This document shows positions 19,378 through 34,659 of a DNA stretch of 64,000 bases, piece after piece; the first letter of the stretch is position 1, and each line of letters starts with the position of its first letter. The notes beneath the pieces were generated by a model, which was not told the DNA's origin, did no database searches, and saw nothing but the letters and a program-made list of their open reading frames with translations. Position numbers and translations under genes: made by a program. Origin of the DNA: an uncultured Spirochaetota bacterium (lineage in GTDB: Bacteria; Spirochaetota; Spirochaetia; SZUA-6; Fen-1364); NCBI GenBank assembly GCA_963781885.1, contig CAWAHW010000004.1:128001-192000 (forward strand), given 5' to 3'.

Positions 19378-19497
19378 ATTTAACCTTCAACGAGCATCAG
19401 CAGAAAGAGAGAAAGAGAAGCTTTTCTTGCCGTCATGAATGGTACCCATCATGCCCTGGGGCCGCATCATGCGCAAGCACGTGGCCAAATAAAAAAA

Positions 19498-19613
<116 letters not shown>

Positions 19614-19801
19614 ATATAGACACGAGGGAATGAGCCACAGCGTCATGCGACCGCCGCGACCCAGGGGGAAGAAGTGAACGAATCAGAGCGATGTCTGCGG
19701 CAATGCGCTCTCGCCGTCCTGCGCGCCCTCTCGGGTCGCTGGGCCAGCTGCCGCGCCTCGCCGTTCCACGCTACCGCTGGGCGGTAGTGTGGGGGAAAAT
19801 A

Positions 19802-22802
<3,001 letters not shown>

Positions 22803-23147
22803 TATTTTCCCTTTCAACCGCGGGTGCCACGCTCAGGACTGTCACGGGGTAATCCGTGACATTCATGCCCCACGGTCGCTCGCGCTCCGTCCTTCCGGTG
22901 CCAATGGACAGACGTCTGCGCTTCCTTCACTTCACACCGCCCTCAACGCTCCTCGCTATTCGCGCCCAGCGCTTCCTGCGGCTTCCCCTTCCCTCGAGTT
23001 GTCAAAGACCATCACCGCCACGGTATTCCGTGACATTCGCGGCCACGGTGGCCACCGCATTCGGTGACATTCGGTATTCCGTGGCATTTGCGGCCACCGT
23101 TTTCGGCGGCATTTCTATTGTTCGGTCGCGGCGACACGCGCCGCTCG

Positions 23148-23221
<74 letters not shown>

Positions 23222-23450
23222 AGGCGATGAACACCATCGCACCGCGGTGGCTGGCACGGCTGCCCGCGCCCGTTCCGCGGATTGGCACCACGGCGGTTTC
23301 CCGGCGTGATATATACAGAAAGGGAGAGGAGTTGGAGAGAGAGCGAGCTATCTGCACCTCACTCTCGCCGTCCTTCGCGCCCCCTTCGGGGTCGCTGGGC
23401 CGGCTGCCGCTCGGTGCAGTTTGTCGTGCGCCGAAGCGCACGACAGTTCT

Positions 23451-25003
<1,553 letters not shown>

Positions 25004-25295
25004 TAGAACCTGACCTTGCGGCCAGGTTTTATACTTCGTTACCGCGCCTCCACAGCCTCGCTGACTTTGCGACTGCTTACGGCGCGTTTCGCCTTCCCAC
25101 GGTTACCCATGGGCCGACGGACCCGCTCTTCTCTTTCTCCCCTTCCCTTTGCTGTCAAGGATCATTCCCTCTAAGGTTCACCCCAGAGGTCGCTCAAAAG
25201 GCCCTCGCGAACCCTTCATGCATTTTGCCCCAGAGACGGCACTTTCCCCCTCCTGATGAGGCCAGAGTCAAGTGCATCACTTGAGGCAAGGCCGG

Positions 25296-25324
25296 TTTAT
25301 ATACTCATTCACGGGATGTGTCAA
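25296..25324 (-). promoter_or_regulatory. Probable rrn sigma70 promoter
   Basis: TTGACA-17-TATAAA about 290 bp upstream of 16S. Confidence 0.7.
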
Positions 25325-25380
25325 GCGCGGCATGAGAAAAAAGATTCAAAAAGCGCAAAAGATCCGGCTCCTGAGAATCC

Positions 25381-25409
25381 TTGACGCCATACCGGCACCC
25401 CGGTACTAT
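25381..25409 (+). promoter_or_regulatory. Sigma70 promoter of the ahcY operon
   Basis: TTGACG-17-TACTAT followed by AAGGAG RBS. Confidence 0.65.
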
Positions 25410-25427
25410 GAGCGGCAAGGAGAGAAA

Positions 25428-26685
25428 ATGGAGAAGAGCAAGATCAAGGATCCCAGCCTCGCCGCAGCGGGCAAGCTCAGGATCGAATGGGCCGAATCAC
25501 GCATGCCGGTTCTCATGGCGCTTCGCGAAAAGCACGGTAAAAGCAAGAGCCTGAAAGGCATGAAGGTGGCCGGCTGTCTCCACGTGACGAAGGAAACGGC
25601 TGTCTTGGTAAAGACACTCGTAGTCGCCGGGGCCGATGTTTCCTGGTCGGGATGCAACCCGCTTTCCACGCAGGACGATGTGGCGGCGGCGCTCGCCGCG
25701 GAGGGAACGTCGATCTATGCCTGGCACGGCCAGACCCGGGAGGAGTTTTACTGGGCGATCGACAAGACACTTGAGTTCGCTCCGACCCTGACGCTTGACG
25801 ACGGGGCGGACCTGATATTCCGCGTGCACAGCGCGCGCACCGACCTTGCAAAAGGGATACTCGGAGGAACCGAGGAAACGACAACGGGCGTTCATCGCCT
25901 CCGCGCAATGGGGGAGGCAGGCAAGCTCCTGTACCCGGTCATCGCGGTGAACGATGCCGAAACGAAATGGGATTTCGACAATGTCTATGGCACGGGCCAG
26001 TCTTCGATAGATGGAATCCTGCGCGCGACCTCCATCCTCCTCGGCGGCAAGGTGATGGTCGTTGCGGGCTACGGCCACTGCGGCCGCGGCGTTGGCAATG
26101 CGCGCGCGGGGCATGGGCGCGCGGGTCGTCGTCACGGAAGTGGACCCGATCTTCGCGCTGCGCGCGACAATGGATGGATTCGACACGATGCCGATGGATG
26201 AGGCAGCGTCGATTGGCGACGTTTTCATCACGGCCACGGGGGTCAAGGACGTCGTCGTGAAACGGCACTTCGAGCGCATGAAGGATGGGGCCGTGGTGTG
26301 CAACACGGGGCACTACGATTGCGAGATCCGCATTCCCGACCTCGCGGCGCTGGCGAAGTCCGTGCGCGAGGTGAGAGCGAACAACGAGGAATACCAGATG
26401 AAGGACGGCCGCAGGATCTACCTGCTCGCAAAAGGCCGGCTGGTGAACCTCGCGGCGGCGGAAGGCCATCCCTCTGAGGTCATGGACATGTCGTTCGCCA
26501 ACCAGTTCATGTCGCTCCTGAGGCTGGCGCGCGAAGGCAAGTCGATGGAGAAGCGCGTCTACACGATCGACAGAAGCCAGGACAAGGAGATTGCCACGGT
26601 GAAGCTTTCCACGATGGGGAAGAAGATCGACACGCTCACTCCCGAGCAAGTGGCATATCTCACGGACTTCGCGAGCGGCACGTGA
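25428..26685 (+). CDS. ahcY: Adenosylhomocysteinase, frameshift near 26090
   Basis: GCLHVT.ETA, GCNPLSTQD, EETTTG, FDNVYGTGQS, GYGHCGRG; GRLVNLAAAEGHPSEVMDMSFANQ lies in the next frame. Confidence 0.93.
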
Positions 26686-26921
26686 CATCCTACGCGTCAT
26701 GCCGCACCTGCGGGAAGTACGTCGCCACCTCCGCGCTCGTGAACCGCGGGTATTGCTCGGAGGACTGCACACGCGCCTATGCGCTGTGCGCCAACTGCGG
26801 AAAGGCATTCCCGCGGGGCGGGGGCTTCGACGGCGAATACTGCACGAAGGAATGCACGATACGCTACCAGATCCTCAGAAAATACGGCCCGGAACCGGTG
26901 ACCGTCGTCACAGAGGTGTGA
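26682..26921 (+). CDS. Small Cys-rich double zinc-finger protein
   Basis: Two CxxCGK...YCxxxC repeats; GTGA overlap with the ahcY stop; ends 1 nt before adk. Confidence 0.7.
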   Translation: MTSYASCRTCGKYVATSALVNRGYCSEDCTRAYALCANCGKAFPRGGGFDGEYCTKECTIRYQILRKYGPEPVTVVTEV

Positions 26922-26922
26922 A

Positions 26923-27558
26923 ATGAAGCTGATCTTTCTCGGACCCCCCGGCGCGGGCAAGGGAACGCTCGCCGGTCTTGTGAGCAAGGAGCACGGAATC
27001 CCGCAGATCTCCACGGGGGACATGTTCCGCGAGGCGATCAAGAAGGAGACGGCGCTGGGCAAGCGCGTGAAGGAGATACTCGGCAGGGGTGACCTTGTGC
27101 CGGATGATCTCACCGTGAGCCTCGTGCGCGAGAGGCTTTCCCAGGACGATGCCGGCCGGGGGTACATCCTCGACGGTTTCCCCCGCACCATCCCGCAGGC
27201 CGAAGAGCTGGAGAAGTTCCAGAAGCTGGACGCGGTGGTGAACTTCGCCATCTCGGACGAGCTGGTCGTGAAGAGGCTCTCCGGGCGCGAGATCTGCAAG
27301 AGCTGCGGCGCCATCTATCACGTCGTGAACATGCCATCGAAGGTGAAGGGTGTCTGCGACAAATGCGGTGGTCCGCTCTACACGAGGCCGGATGATTCCC
27401 TGGAATCGATCACGAACCGACTCCAGGTCTACCGGACGCAGACGGAACCGCTCATTGCGTTCTACCGGGGTCGGAAACTGCTGAGAGACATCGATTCATC
27501 GAAGTCGCCCGAAGACACGCATCGCCAGATCCAGGCGGCTCTCACCGGTCTGAAGTAG
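26923..27558 (+). CDS. adk: Adenylate kinase (Zn-binding LID)
   Basis: GPPGAGKGT, STGDMFR, LDGFPRT, CKSC...CDKC. Confidence 0.95.
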   Translation: MKLIFLGPPGAGKGTLAGLVSKEHGIPQISTGDMFREAIKKETALGKRVKEILGRGDLVPDDLTVSLVRERLSQDDAGRGYILDGFPRTIPQAEELEKFQKLDAVVNFAISDELVVKRLSGREICKSCGAIYHVVNMPSKVKGVCDKCGGPLYTRPDDSLESITNRLQVYRTQTEPLIAFYRGRKLLRDIDSSKSPEDTHRQIQAALTGLK

Positions 27559-27567
27559 CTCTGCTCT

Positions 27568-28524
27568 TCACCGGTCGGGAGGGGCGGAGCCTGTCGCTGC
27601 ATCCGCGGGTGGCGCCGGCGCGCCAGCCGGTACCGACAGCGGCATGAGCGAATGGGTGGTGAGAGCCGCCTCGACCTTGTCCCGCTCCAGGAGCCCTGGC
27701 GAGCTCAGGAGCGCCTTCACGGCTTCCGCGTCTTTGAAACCCGCGTCGAGCGCCTTGCCCAGGGAGTCCAGGCCGCGGTCGGGATCCTCGATCACCGTCA
27801 GGAGCAGCCGCGCCTCCCCAAACCATGCATCGGCCTGCTTCGCATCCGCACGGACGATCTTGTCGTAGAGATCCAAGGCGCGCGAGTACTTCTTCTGCTG
27901 CTCGGCAGCGGCCGCGGCGAGATACTGTGCCTCCGCGTCGTCGGGCTTTTTTTCCAGGTACCGCGACAGGGCATCGGAGGCGCCGGGCGCGTCGCCCTGG
28001 GATAGGAGAAGCGAGCCCACCGCGTAGAGAGCGTCCAGGTCGTCAGGCGATTTCAGGAGCAGGGTCTGCAGCCGCTCCAGCGCATCAGACGGCCGCTTCA
28101 GCTTCCAGAGTATGATCCCGCTGTTGTACAGGGCGTCGAGGTCCGCAGGGGCCAGAGCCAGGAGCGCGTCGTATTCCGTGAGGGCTTCCTCCTCATGCCC
28201 GCCAAGGTGGAGGGCCCAGGCAAGACCGGACATCACCTGGGTGTTCTGCGGATCGGTGGACAGGAGACGCTTGAACAGGGCGACGGCATCATCCGTGCGC
28301 TTCATGTGGGCGTAGGCCATCGCGAGATTGTAGTCTGCCTTGGCCAGCCCGGGGTCAAGGCGGATGGACTGCTCGAATCGCAGGATCGCCTTGTCGTACT
28401 GTCCGAGCTCGATGTAGGCATTCCCGAGGTCGTAGTATTCCGCGGCCAGCGCGCGATTCTGGGGGCTGGTCGCGCAGCCTGCCAGCAGGAGCATCGCGAG
28501 GAAGACGACGGACGCGCGTCTCAT
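27568..28524 (-). CDS. TPR-repeat lipoprotein
   Basis: MRRASVVFLAMLLLAGC lipobox; multiple TPR motifs. Confidence 0.8.
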   Translation of the reverse strand: MRRASVVFLAMLLLAGCATSPQNRALAAEYYDLGNAYIELGQYDKAILRFEQSIRLDPGLAKADYNLAMAYAHMKRTDDAVALFKRLLSTDPQNTQVMSGLAWALHLGGHEEEALTEYDALLALAPADLDALYNSGIILWKLKRPSDALERLQTLLLKSPDDLDALYAVGSLLLSQGDAPGASDALSRYLEKKPDDAEAQYLAAAAAEQQKKYSRALDLYDKIVRADAKQADAWFGEARLLLTVIEDPDRGLDSLGKALDAGFKDAEAVKALLSSPGLLERDKVEAALTTHSLMPLSVPAGAPAPPADAATGSAPPDR

Positions 28525-28631
28525 GGGCCGACTATAGGACGAATCAATTGCGGATACAACGGCAAGGTTGACAAGCGAACCGGGACGGATTAGGATTGTC
28601 GCGAGTATCACAACGAGATAGACGATACGAA

Positions 28632-31600
28632 ATGGCAGTAAATCCGGTTCAACGAAATATCGTCGGAACGCTGAGCAGAGAATCCAAGATCACCTCCCTG
28701 ACCCTCCTCAAGAACTTCTATGACGAGGAAGTCTTCACGGTCCTGGTGAAGGAGATCTACAACGCGGATATCGGCATCAGCGAGGCGGCGATCCAGGCAT
28801 CCGGCTCCCTGGGAAACGAGATCGCGATCCAGCACCTCTACCAGATCGTCGAGCGTGGGAAGCAGCCGCAGCGCATCGCGGCGATCAAGTCCCTCATGGC
28901 CATCCGCGCCCCCTCCTCCACGGGAATGCTCATCAAGTATTTCTCCCACTTCCCCGAGGAAGAGCTGCGCGCGGAGATACTGCGCGCCATCAACACCATC
29001 TCCCCCACGGCCCCGCAGGTCCAGGAGCTGAACGCCGCCGTCTACAACGATCCGAAACAGAGTGAGACTGTCCGGCGCATCGCGGTGGAATCCCTCGTGG
29101 AGATGGAGAAGTACGCGCTCCTGAAGGACACCCTCCCGCGCGCCCTGCCGAGCGTCCAGCAGGCGGCATTCATCAAGATGCTGCAGACCGGAAGCCAGGA
29201 GGTCATGGAGCTTCCCACGGAATCCCTTTCTCCCGCCGCCCGGGGAAGCTATCTCTGCGTCTATACCCTGAAGGCGAAGAACCCGCAGGCCAATTACGTC
29301 ATCGAATCGCTGCAGAAAGGCGACAAGCAGACGTTCCTGGCCTTCCTCACGTCGCTCACGCAGTTTCAAGGCAGGCTGCGCTACCCCACGCGCGTCTTCC
29401 GCCTCCTCCTCATCTCGCCGTACCTCGACGCGGAGACGGAGGCGCTTGTCGGCGATTTCCTGAAGAAGATCGTCCTGGAGGTAAAAAACACCTCCCCGCA
29501 TCTGCTCAGCGAGTTCTCCGTCATCACGTCGGCGCACTTGGACACGGTTTTCGCAAAGACACGCAAGAACCACATCTCCCTGCGCGGCATCACCAAGGAG
29601 ATGCTCCTTGCCACCGTGCTCGCCACGATCATGGAGAAGTATTCCACCCCGTCGGTGCTTGCCGACGTGACGGCCTTTTTCAAGGAAGACGGCTATACGG
29701 GCCGCACGCCTCCCGTGGCGCAGATCCGTTCCCTCCTTGCCGGAACGCCGAAGGAGGACCAGAACAGGTTCGAGGCCTGCATTCCCCTCTTCGCGCAGAC
29801 GGAGAAAAAGGACCGTTTGGCGGTGCTCACGCAGCTTGCGCGGGTGGACCTGAACCGTCCCTTCTACCTGCGCCGGCTCAATCGCCTCATCAGGGTCGCC
29901 GGCGCGCTTGAAATCAAGACAACCGCAAAAAAGATACAGGAGATACTGGATTTTGCGCGCGCGGAGCGCATCCATTTCCTGGAAGAGACGAGCGTCGTCA
30001 CGCTCTGCCAGCTCCTCACCCGTTCCATCATCGAGCAGTCGCGGGAGTACTTCAAGGAACCGAACCGGAACATCCGTTCGCTCAACGGCTACATCCGCGG
30101 GGCGCGCTTCATCCCCGCCAAGATCATGCTCGGCCCGCTGGTCCACATCGCGCAGCTGCCCAGCCTCACGCCCCAGTCGCGCACGCTCGTCGTGGAGACC
30201 CTGGAAAGCATGAATCTCGCCGGCATGCAGCGCCAGCTCCTGCCGCTCTTCAAGGCGCTGGACCTGCGCGATGCGGCGGAGGCGCTGAAGCTCCGCATCG
30301 GCGACATGCTGGCGAAATATGCCGATGCGACGTTCGGCCATCTCGCGCTCGACCTTACGTCGCACGCGTCGCCCACGGCGCGCACCGTCGCCGTCCGCAT
30401 CATCAAGGCGCTTGCCGCGCGCGGCTCGGGGGCGCCGGCGGACGTCGTGACGAACCGCCTCTACCTCCTGCTGGAGGATGCGGAGCGCGGAGTGCGCGTC
30501 GAGGCTCTGCTCGCGCTCCTGGTCATGGCGGACGACTACGCCGCGCAGATCGTGAGCGACCACGTGCAGGCGGGTGACGCGGAGATGGTGTCCGAGCTCC
30601 TGGCCGGTCTTTCCAAGCCGCTTGCGCGCGACACCTTCTCCCTCGCGCTCGACATGATCCGCATGGACAGCCTCCCCGTCCAGAAGGCCCTGCGCGCGCT
30701 CCTTCCCGAGCTCAGCCAGGGCGGCTACGCGGAAGAGTTGCGCCAGGGGCTGCTCGCCATCCTCACCATCGTGCCGCGCGAGGGCTCCCGCAACGAGCCG
30801 CAGGCCGCCGCGGAGGACAGCCAGGCGGCGAGCACGGAAAGCACGCTCGGCCAGGCGAAGCTGGAGTTCAAGTTCCGCCGCGAAAGCACACAGACCCTGA
30901 CGGTGTTCTTCATCGACATCGCGGGGTACACGGAAAAATCGACGACGATGAAGCCGACGGATCTGATGAAGCTCATCAAGGCATTTGAAGACATCGTCTC
31001 GGAAACCATGGACGACTGTCAGGGCAGGATCGTGAAAAAGATGGGAGACGGGATCCTGGCGTACTTCAAGTCACCGGTCGGCGCGACCGTTGCCGCCCTG
31101 ACGGTCCAGAAGAAGATCAAGGACTACAGCGCGATGCGCATCGACCAGGAGAAGTTCCAGACGCGGATCGGCCTCAACACGGGCTCGGTGATCCGCAAAG
31201 GCAAGGACATATTCGGCGAGGTCGTGAACGTCGCCTCGCGCATGCAGAGCAAGGCGCCGCCGGGCGACATTCTGCTGACGGATGCCACCTACCAGGAGAT
31301 CAAGGACTACGTGCGCTGCACGCAGCTGGGCAACATCGAGGTGAAGGGAATCAAGGACTTCATCACGGCCTACTCCCCGCAAGAGGTGATCGCCGATACG
31401 ACGAAGCTCATGGACGGCGCGGAAGAGCCGGGGCTCCAGAGGCTGAAGGAATCGATCTTCGTGCCCAGCTTCCAGGATCCCTTCCGGCAAGGGGGACGCG
31501 GGACCGCTTCCCGCGCTCATCAAGGAGATCTTCTCCGAGATCTCCCGCGCAATAGAGGAGCTTGCCTCCGACTATCACGATGAGTTTGAGTTCAAAAAAT

Positions 31601-31641
31601 ACCTCCAGGAGAAGTGGAACGCGCTGATGGCGAAGCTGTAG
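28632..31641 (+). CDS. HEAT-repeat protein with C-terminal class III adenylate/guanylate cyclase domain, frameshift near 31475
   Basis: VFFIDIAGYT, KKMGDG, RIGLNTG, DIFGEVVNVASR; long helical repeats upstream; alternate-frame tail ...KKYLQEKWNALMAKL* ends at 31641. Confidence 0.8.
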
Positions 31642-31789
31642 GGAGGCTCCCGGAGGCATCCCGGGACCCGTCGGCCGTCGACAGCCATGGGGCCGCGGTA
31701 ACCGCGGCATGTGACCCGCGGCCGCCCAGCAGTTCTGATATGATGTGCCCCCGTCAAGCTCTAAAAGCCTCCTTTTTTCTTTAGAACTC

Positions 31790-32019
31790 CTTCTGAACAT
31801 CGAGGCCAACCCGAAGAGATGGAGAAGGGCATAACCGACGATCGACCAGTCTGATATGCGTGGATTGGTTACCGCAGGCCAATGTGATCGTCAGGAGCTT
31901 GCCTCCGTCTCATTACCAGGATCAGACCATAGTCTGCCTGCAGAACCGCTCGAGGATTCTCCGTTCGCCACGAACCTTCCCCATCCGTCCCGGTTGCCTC
32001 GATTGCATACGCAGCCTCC
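31790..32019 (-). ncRNA. Putative bridge/seek RNA of the IS1111-group element
   Basis: Contains segments matching the reconstituted target (AATGAGA, GCGGTTCT) and the circle junction (CATATCAGAC); boundaries approximate. Confidence 0.6.
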
Positions 32020-33114
32020 TCAAGCCACCCGATCAACCATCGCGCCCCACAGGAACCCCGAGAGCTCTCGCGCCACCGCCGTCACCACGGTCTGAGAAGC
32101 TTTGCCGCGAAAAAGCAGACGCAGAAATTTCTTGTTTAGCCGCCTGCACGCACGGTTGGCATAGCTGACCAAGGATGGAGAAAGACCCTCGCGTCGTTTC
32201 ATCAACCGAGTGCTACTGGGATGGTAGCTGCGGTATTGCCAGGCGGCCTCCACCAGAAGTTTGCGCAGGTGGGAATTACCCGCCTTTGTGATTCCTCCCA
32301 AGCGCCTCTTGTTTCCGCTGGATCGCTCGGAGGGCACCAACCCCAAAAACGCCATGAATTGATCCGCACCTGCAAAGCGCCGAAAGTCCCCGATCTCCGA
32401 AACAAGCGACAAGGCGATCAGCGTCTCCACGCCCTTGAACGCCTTCAGCTTGGCTACAGGTTCGGCATAGCTTTTACCTGCCGCGATCTCTTCGATGCCC
32501 GCCTTGATCCGCCGACACTTCTCCTCCAGCTCGTCGACTTGGCAGCGGTACTCGGTGAGAGTCAACTGCTCCAGCGGATCCTCCAACTCAAGAGCCTGCA
32601 ACCATGCTCGATGCGGCTGCGTCCATGTGGCTCCTTGTTCATAACGTATCCGCCTCCGCAGAAGAAAACCCAGCACGCGCTGCTTGGCCTTGCGCAGATC
32701 GGACTTCATGTCCTCCAGCATTCGTAGATAGTCGCGAACCGCTTCGTCTTCCCGCGTGGGTACATGAACGGCACTCACATCCCCGCTCCGAAGTGCGCGA
32801 GCAAGCATCACAGCGTCCCTTCTATCGGTCTTTATGCGATCTCCCGGACGATGTGGAATCTGAGACGGAGCCAGCACCGCACACGGCACACCCAGTTCCG
32901 TCAATTGTCGATACAGGGAATACCCTAGACATCCCGCCTCGTAGCATGTCACCAGGTCCCCCGCGGACTGGAGCTTCTTGAAATAGGCCTGGATTACGCT
33001 CTTTTCATTGCGAATCACCGTCTCGGCCCTCGGCTTCTGATCGCGCCCGCTCAGGATCGCTATGGCGATCTTTTCTTTGTCGACGTCCATGCCAACGTAA
33101 TGTACAATACCCAT
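32020..33114 (-). CDS. IS110-family DEDD transposase/recombinase
   Basis: VGMDV, CYEAG, KTDRRDA, GLVPSERSSG, ITKAGN..LR. Confidence 0.93.
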   Translation of the reverse strand: MGIVHYVGMDVDKEKIAIAILSGRDQKPRAETVIRNEKSVIQAYFKKLQSAGDLVTCYEAGCLGYSLYRQLTELGVPCAVLAPSQIPHRPGDRIKTDRRDAVMLARALRSGDVSAVHVPTREDEAVRDYLRMLEDMKSDLRKAKQRVLGFLLRRRIRYEQGATWTQPHRAWLQALELEDPLEQLTLTEYRCQVDELEEKCRRIKAGIEEIAAGKSYAEPVAKLKAFKGVETLIALSLVSEIGDFRRFAGADQFMAFLGLVPSERSSGNKRRLGGITKAGNSHLRKLLVEAAWQYRSYHPSSTRLMKRREGLSPSLVSYANRACRRLNKKFLRLLFRGKASQTVVTAVARELSGFLWGAMVDRVA

Positions 33115-33348
33115 GACTGCCCCCTTGTGCGTTGTTTGTGGCGTGCCGCATCGAGACGCCAATCTCATGATACGGCCGATCCACGTTGTAGCAACCACCT
33201 GGGGGCACTTCATATTGTCTCATTTTGGACCTTCCTGAGGTTTGGAAAAGGTATGCGGACTTTGAAAACGGCCTTTTATCAAGGGACAAAATGAGAACTG
33301 CATCATTCAGTCACCATACTGAGAATTGCTGACGGCCGCCGGCGGCAT

Positions 33349-33377
33349 TTGACCTTTTCTCCGCCAGATGCTATAGT
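33349..33377 (+). promoter_or_regulatory. Sigma70 promoter of the infC operon
   Basis: TTGACC-17-TATAGT. Confidence 0.65.
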
Positions 33378-33411
33378 CGGCGAAATCCCCATCATGCGGG
33401 AAGGAGGTATA

Positions 33412-33942
33412 TTGGCCGAGAAGGATCTCAGGATCAATGAGGGCATACGGGTCCGCGAGGTGCGATTGATCGACGCGGACGGAAATCAGAAAGGCATCGT
33501 GCCGACATTCGAAGCGCTGCAGTTGGCAAGGGAGTCGGGTGCGGACCTCGTGGAGGTCGCGCCGCAGGCCCAGCCGCCGGTGTGCAAAATCCTCGACTAC
33601 GGGAAGTACAAGTTCGAGCTGGAGAAGAAAACCCGCGAGGCAAAGAAGCACCAGAAGCAGATCCAGATCAAGGAGATCCGGATGCAGCCGAAGATCGACA
33701 GGCACGACCTGGACTTCAAGACGCGCCACGTCCAGGAGTTCCTTGACGAGGGAAACAAGGTCAAGGTCACGGTGCGATTCCGGGGCCGCGAGCTTGCCCA
33801 CACCGAGCTCGGCAAGGATGTCCTCGACAAGATCCTCGAGATGCTCGGAGACTCCTTCCTCGTGGAGAAGCCCGCCCAGATGGAAGGGCGGACGATGTCG
33901 ATACTGCTGAATCCCAAGGGAAGCAAGGCCAAGAAAGGATAG
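33412..33942 (+). CDS. infC: Translation initiation factor IF-3
   Basis: [41 protein letters not shown]; non-ATG start (TTG) after AGGAGG. Confidence 0.95.
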   Translation: MAEKDLRINEGIRVREVRLIDADGNQKGIVPTFEALQLARESGADLVEVAPQAQPPVCKILDYGKYKFELEKKTREAKKHQKQIQIKEIRMQPKIDRHDLDFKTRHVQEFLDEGNKVKVTVRFRGRELAHTELGKDVLDKILEMLGDSFLVEKPAQMEGRTMSILLNPKGSKAKKG

Positions 33943-33945
33943 ATC

Positions 33946-34149
33946 ATGCCGAAGATGAAGACCAAGAAGGCCGCGGCAAAGCGCTACAGCGTCACCGGCA
34001 CGGGCAAGGTGCGCTACAAGAAGCAGGGCCTGCGCCATATCCTCACGAAGAAGAACGCAAAGAGAAAGAGGCGCCTGCGCCTGCCCGCCATCCTCAGCTC
34101 CGTCGAGACGAAGAGGGTGAAGCAGCTGCTGCCGTACTCCGGCAGGTAG
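33946..34149 (+). CDS. rpmI: 50S ribosomal protein L35
   Basis: [19 protein letters not shown]; synteny with infC and rplT. Confidence 0.95.
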   Translation: MPKMKTKKAAAKRYSVTGTGKVRYKKQGLRHILTKKNAKRKRRLRLPAILSSVETKRVKQLLPYSGR

Positions 34150-34180
34150 CCGGCTCGCGCGCTTTCGCAACGCACGAGAG

Positions 34181-34269
34181 CAGAATGTCACGGGGTACCG
34201 TGACCGCGATCAGAATGTCACGGGGTACCGTGACCGCGATCAGAATGTCACGGGGTACCGTGACCGCGA
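34181..34269 (+). repeat. 3 x 30-bp tandem palindromic repeat (REP-like family)
   Basis: CAGAAT-GTCACGG-GGTA-CCGTGAC-CGCGAT repeated at 34181, 34211 and 34241. Confidence 0.9.
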
Positions 34270-34284
34270 AGGAGAAGCTGAGAC

Positions 34285-34659
34285 ATGCCACGCTCAAAAA
34301 ACGGCACACGGAGGCGGGAACGCCGCCACAAGATAATGAAGATCGCCAAGGGGTACTGGGGCGGCAGGAGCCGTCTCTTCAAGACCGCCAAAGAAGCGGT
34401 GATGAAGGGGCTCGCTTCCAACTACCGGGACCGCCGACGGCGCAAGGGAGAGTTCCGCAGGCTGTGGATCGCGCGTATTTCCGCCGCGGTCCGCGCTGAG
34501 GGCATCACCTACTCGCAGTTCATTCACGGCCTCTCGGAGGCGGGAGTGATGCTGAACCGCAAGGCGCTTTCCAACATGGCGATCGAGGACCCGGTTGCTT
34601 TCAAGGCAATCGTCGCCAAGGCCAAGGAAACGCTCGCGGCAGGCGCCGTCACGCAATGA
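34285..34659 (+). CDS. rplT: 50S ribosomal protein L20
   Basis: AKGYWGGRSR, YRDRRRRK.EFRRLWIARI, LNRKALS. Confidence 0.95.
   Translation: MPRSKNGTRRRERRHKIMKIAKGYWGGRSRLFKTAKEAVMKGLASNYRDRRRRKGEFRRLWIARISAAVRAEGITYSQFIHGLSEAGVMLNRKALSNMAIEDPVAFKAIVAKAKETLAAGAVTQ

Larger units (their letters stand above)
31737..33220 (-). mobile_element. IS110-family, IS1111-group insertion sequence
   Basis: Sub-terminal IRs ATATGATGTGCCCCC (31738-31752) and GGGGGCACTTCATAT (33201-33215), 14/15 match; TCT core at both junctions; transposase followed by a long non-coding region. Confidence 0.85.
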
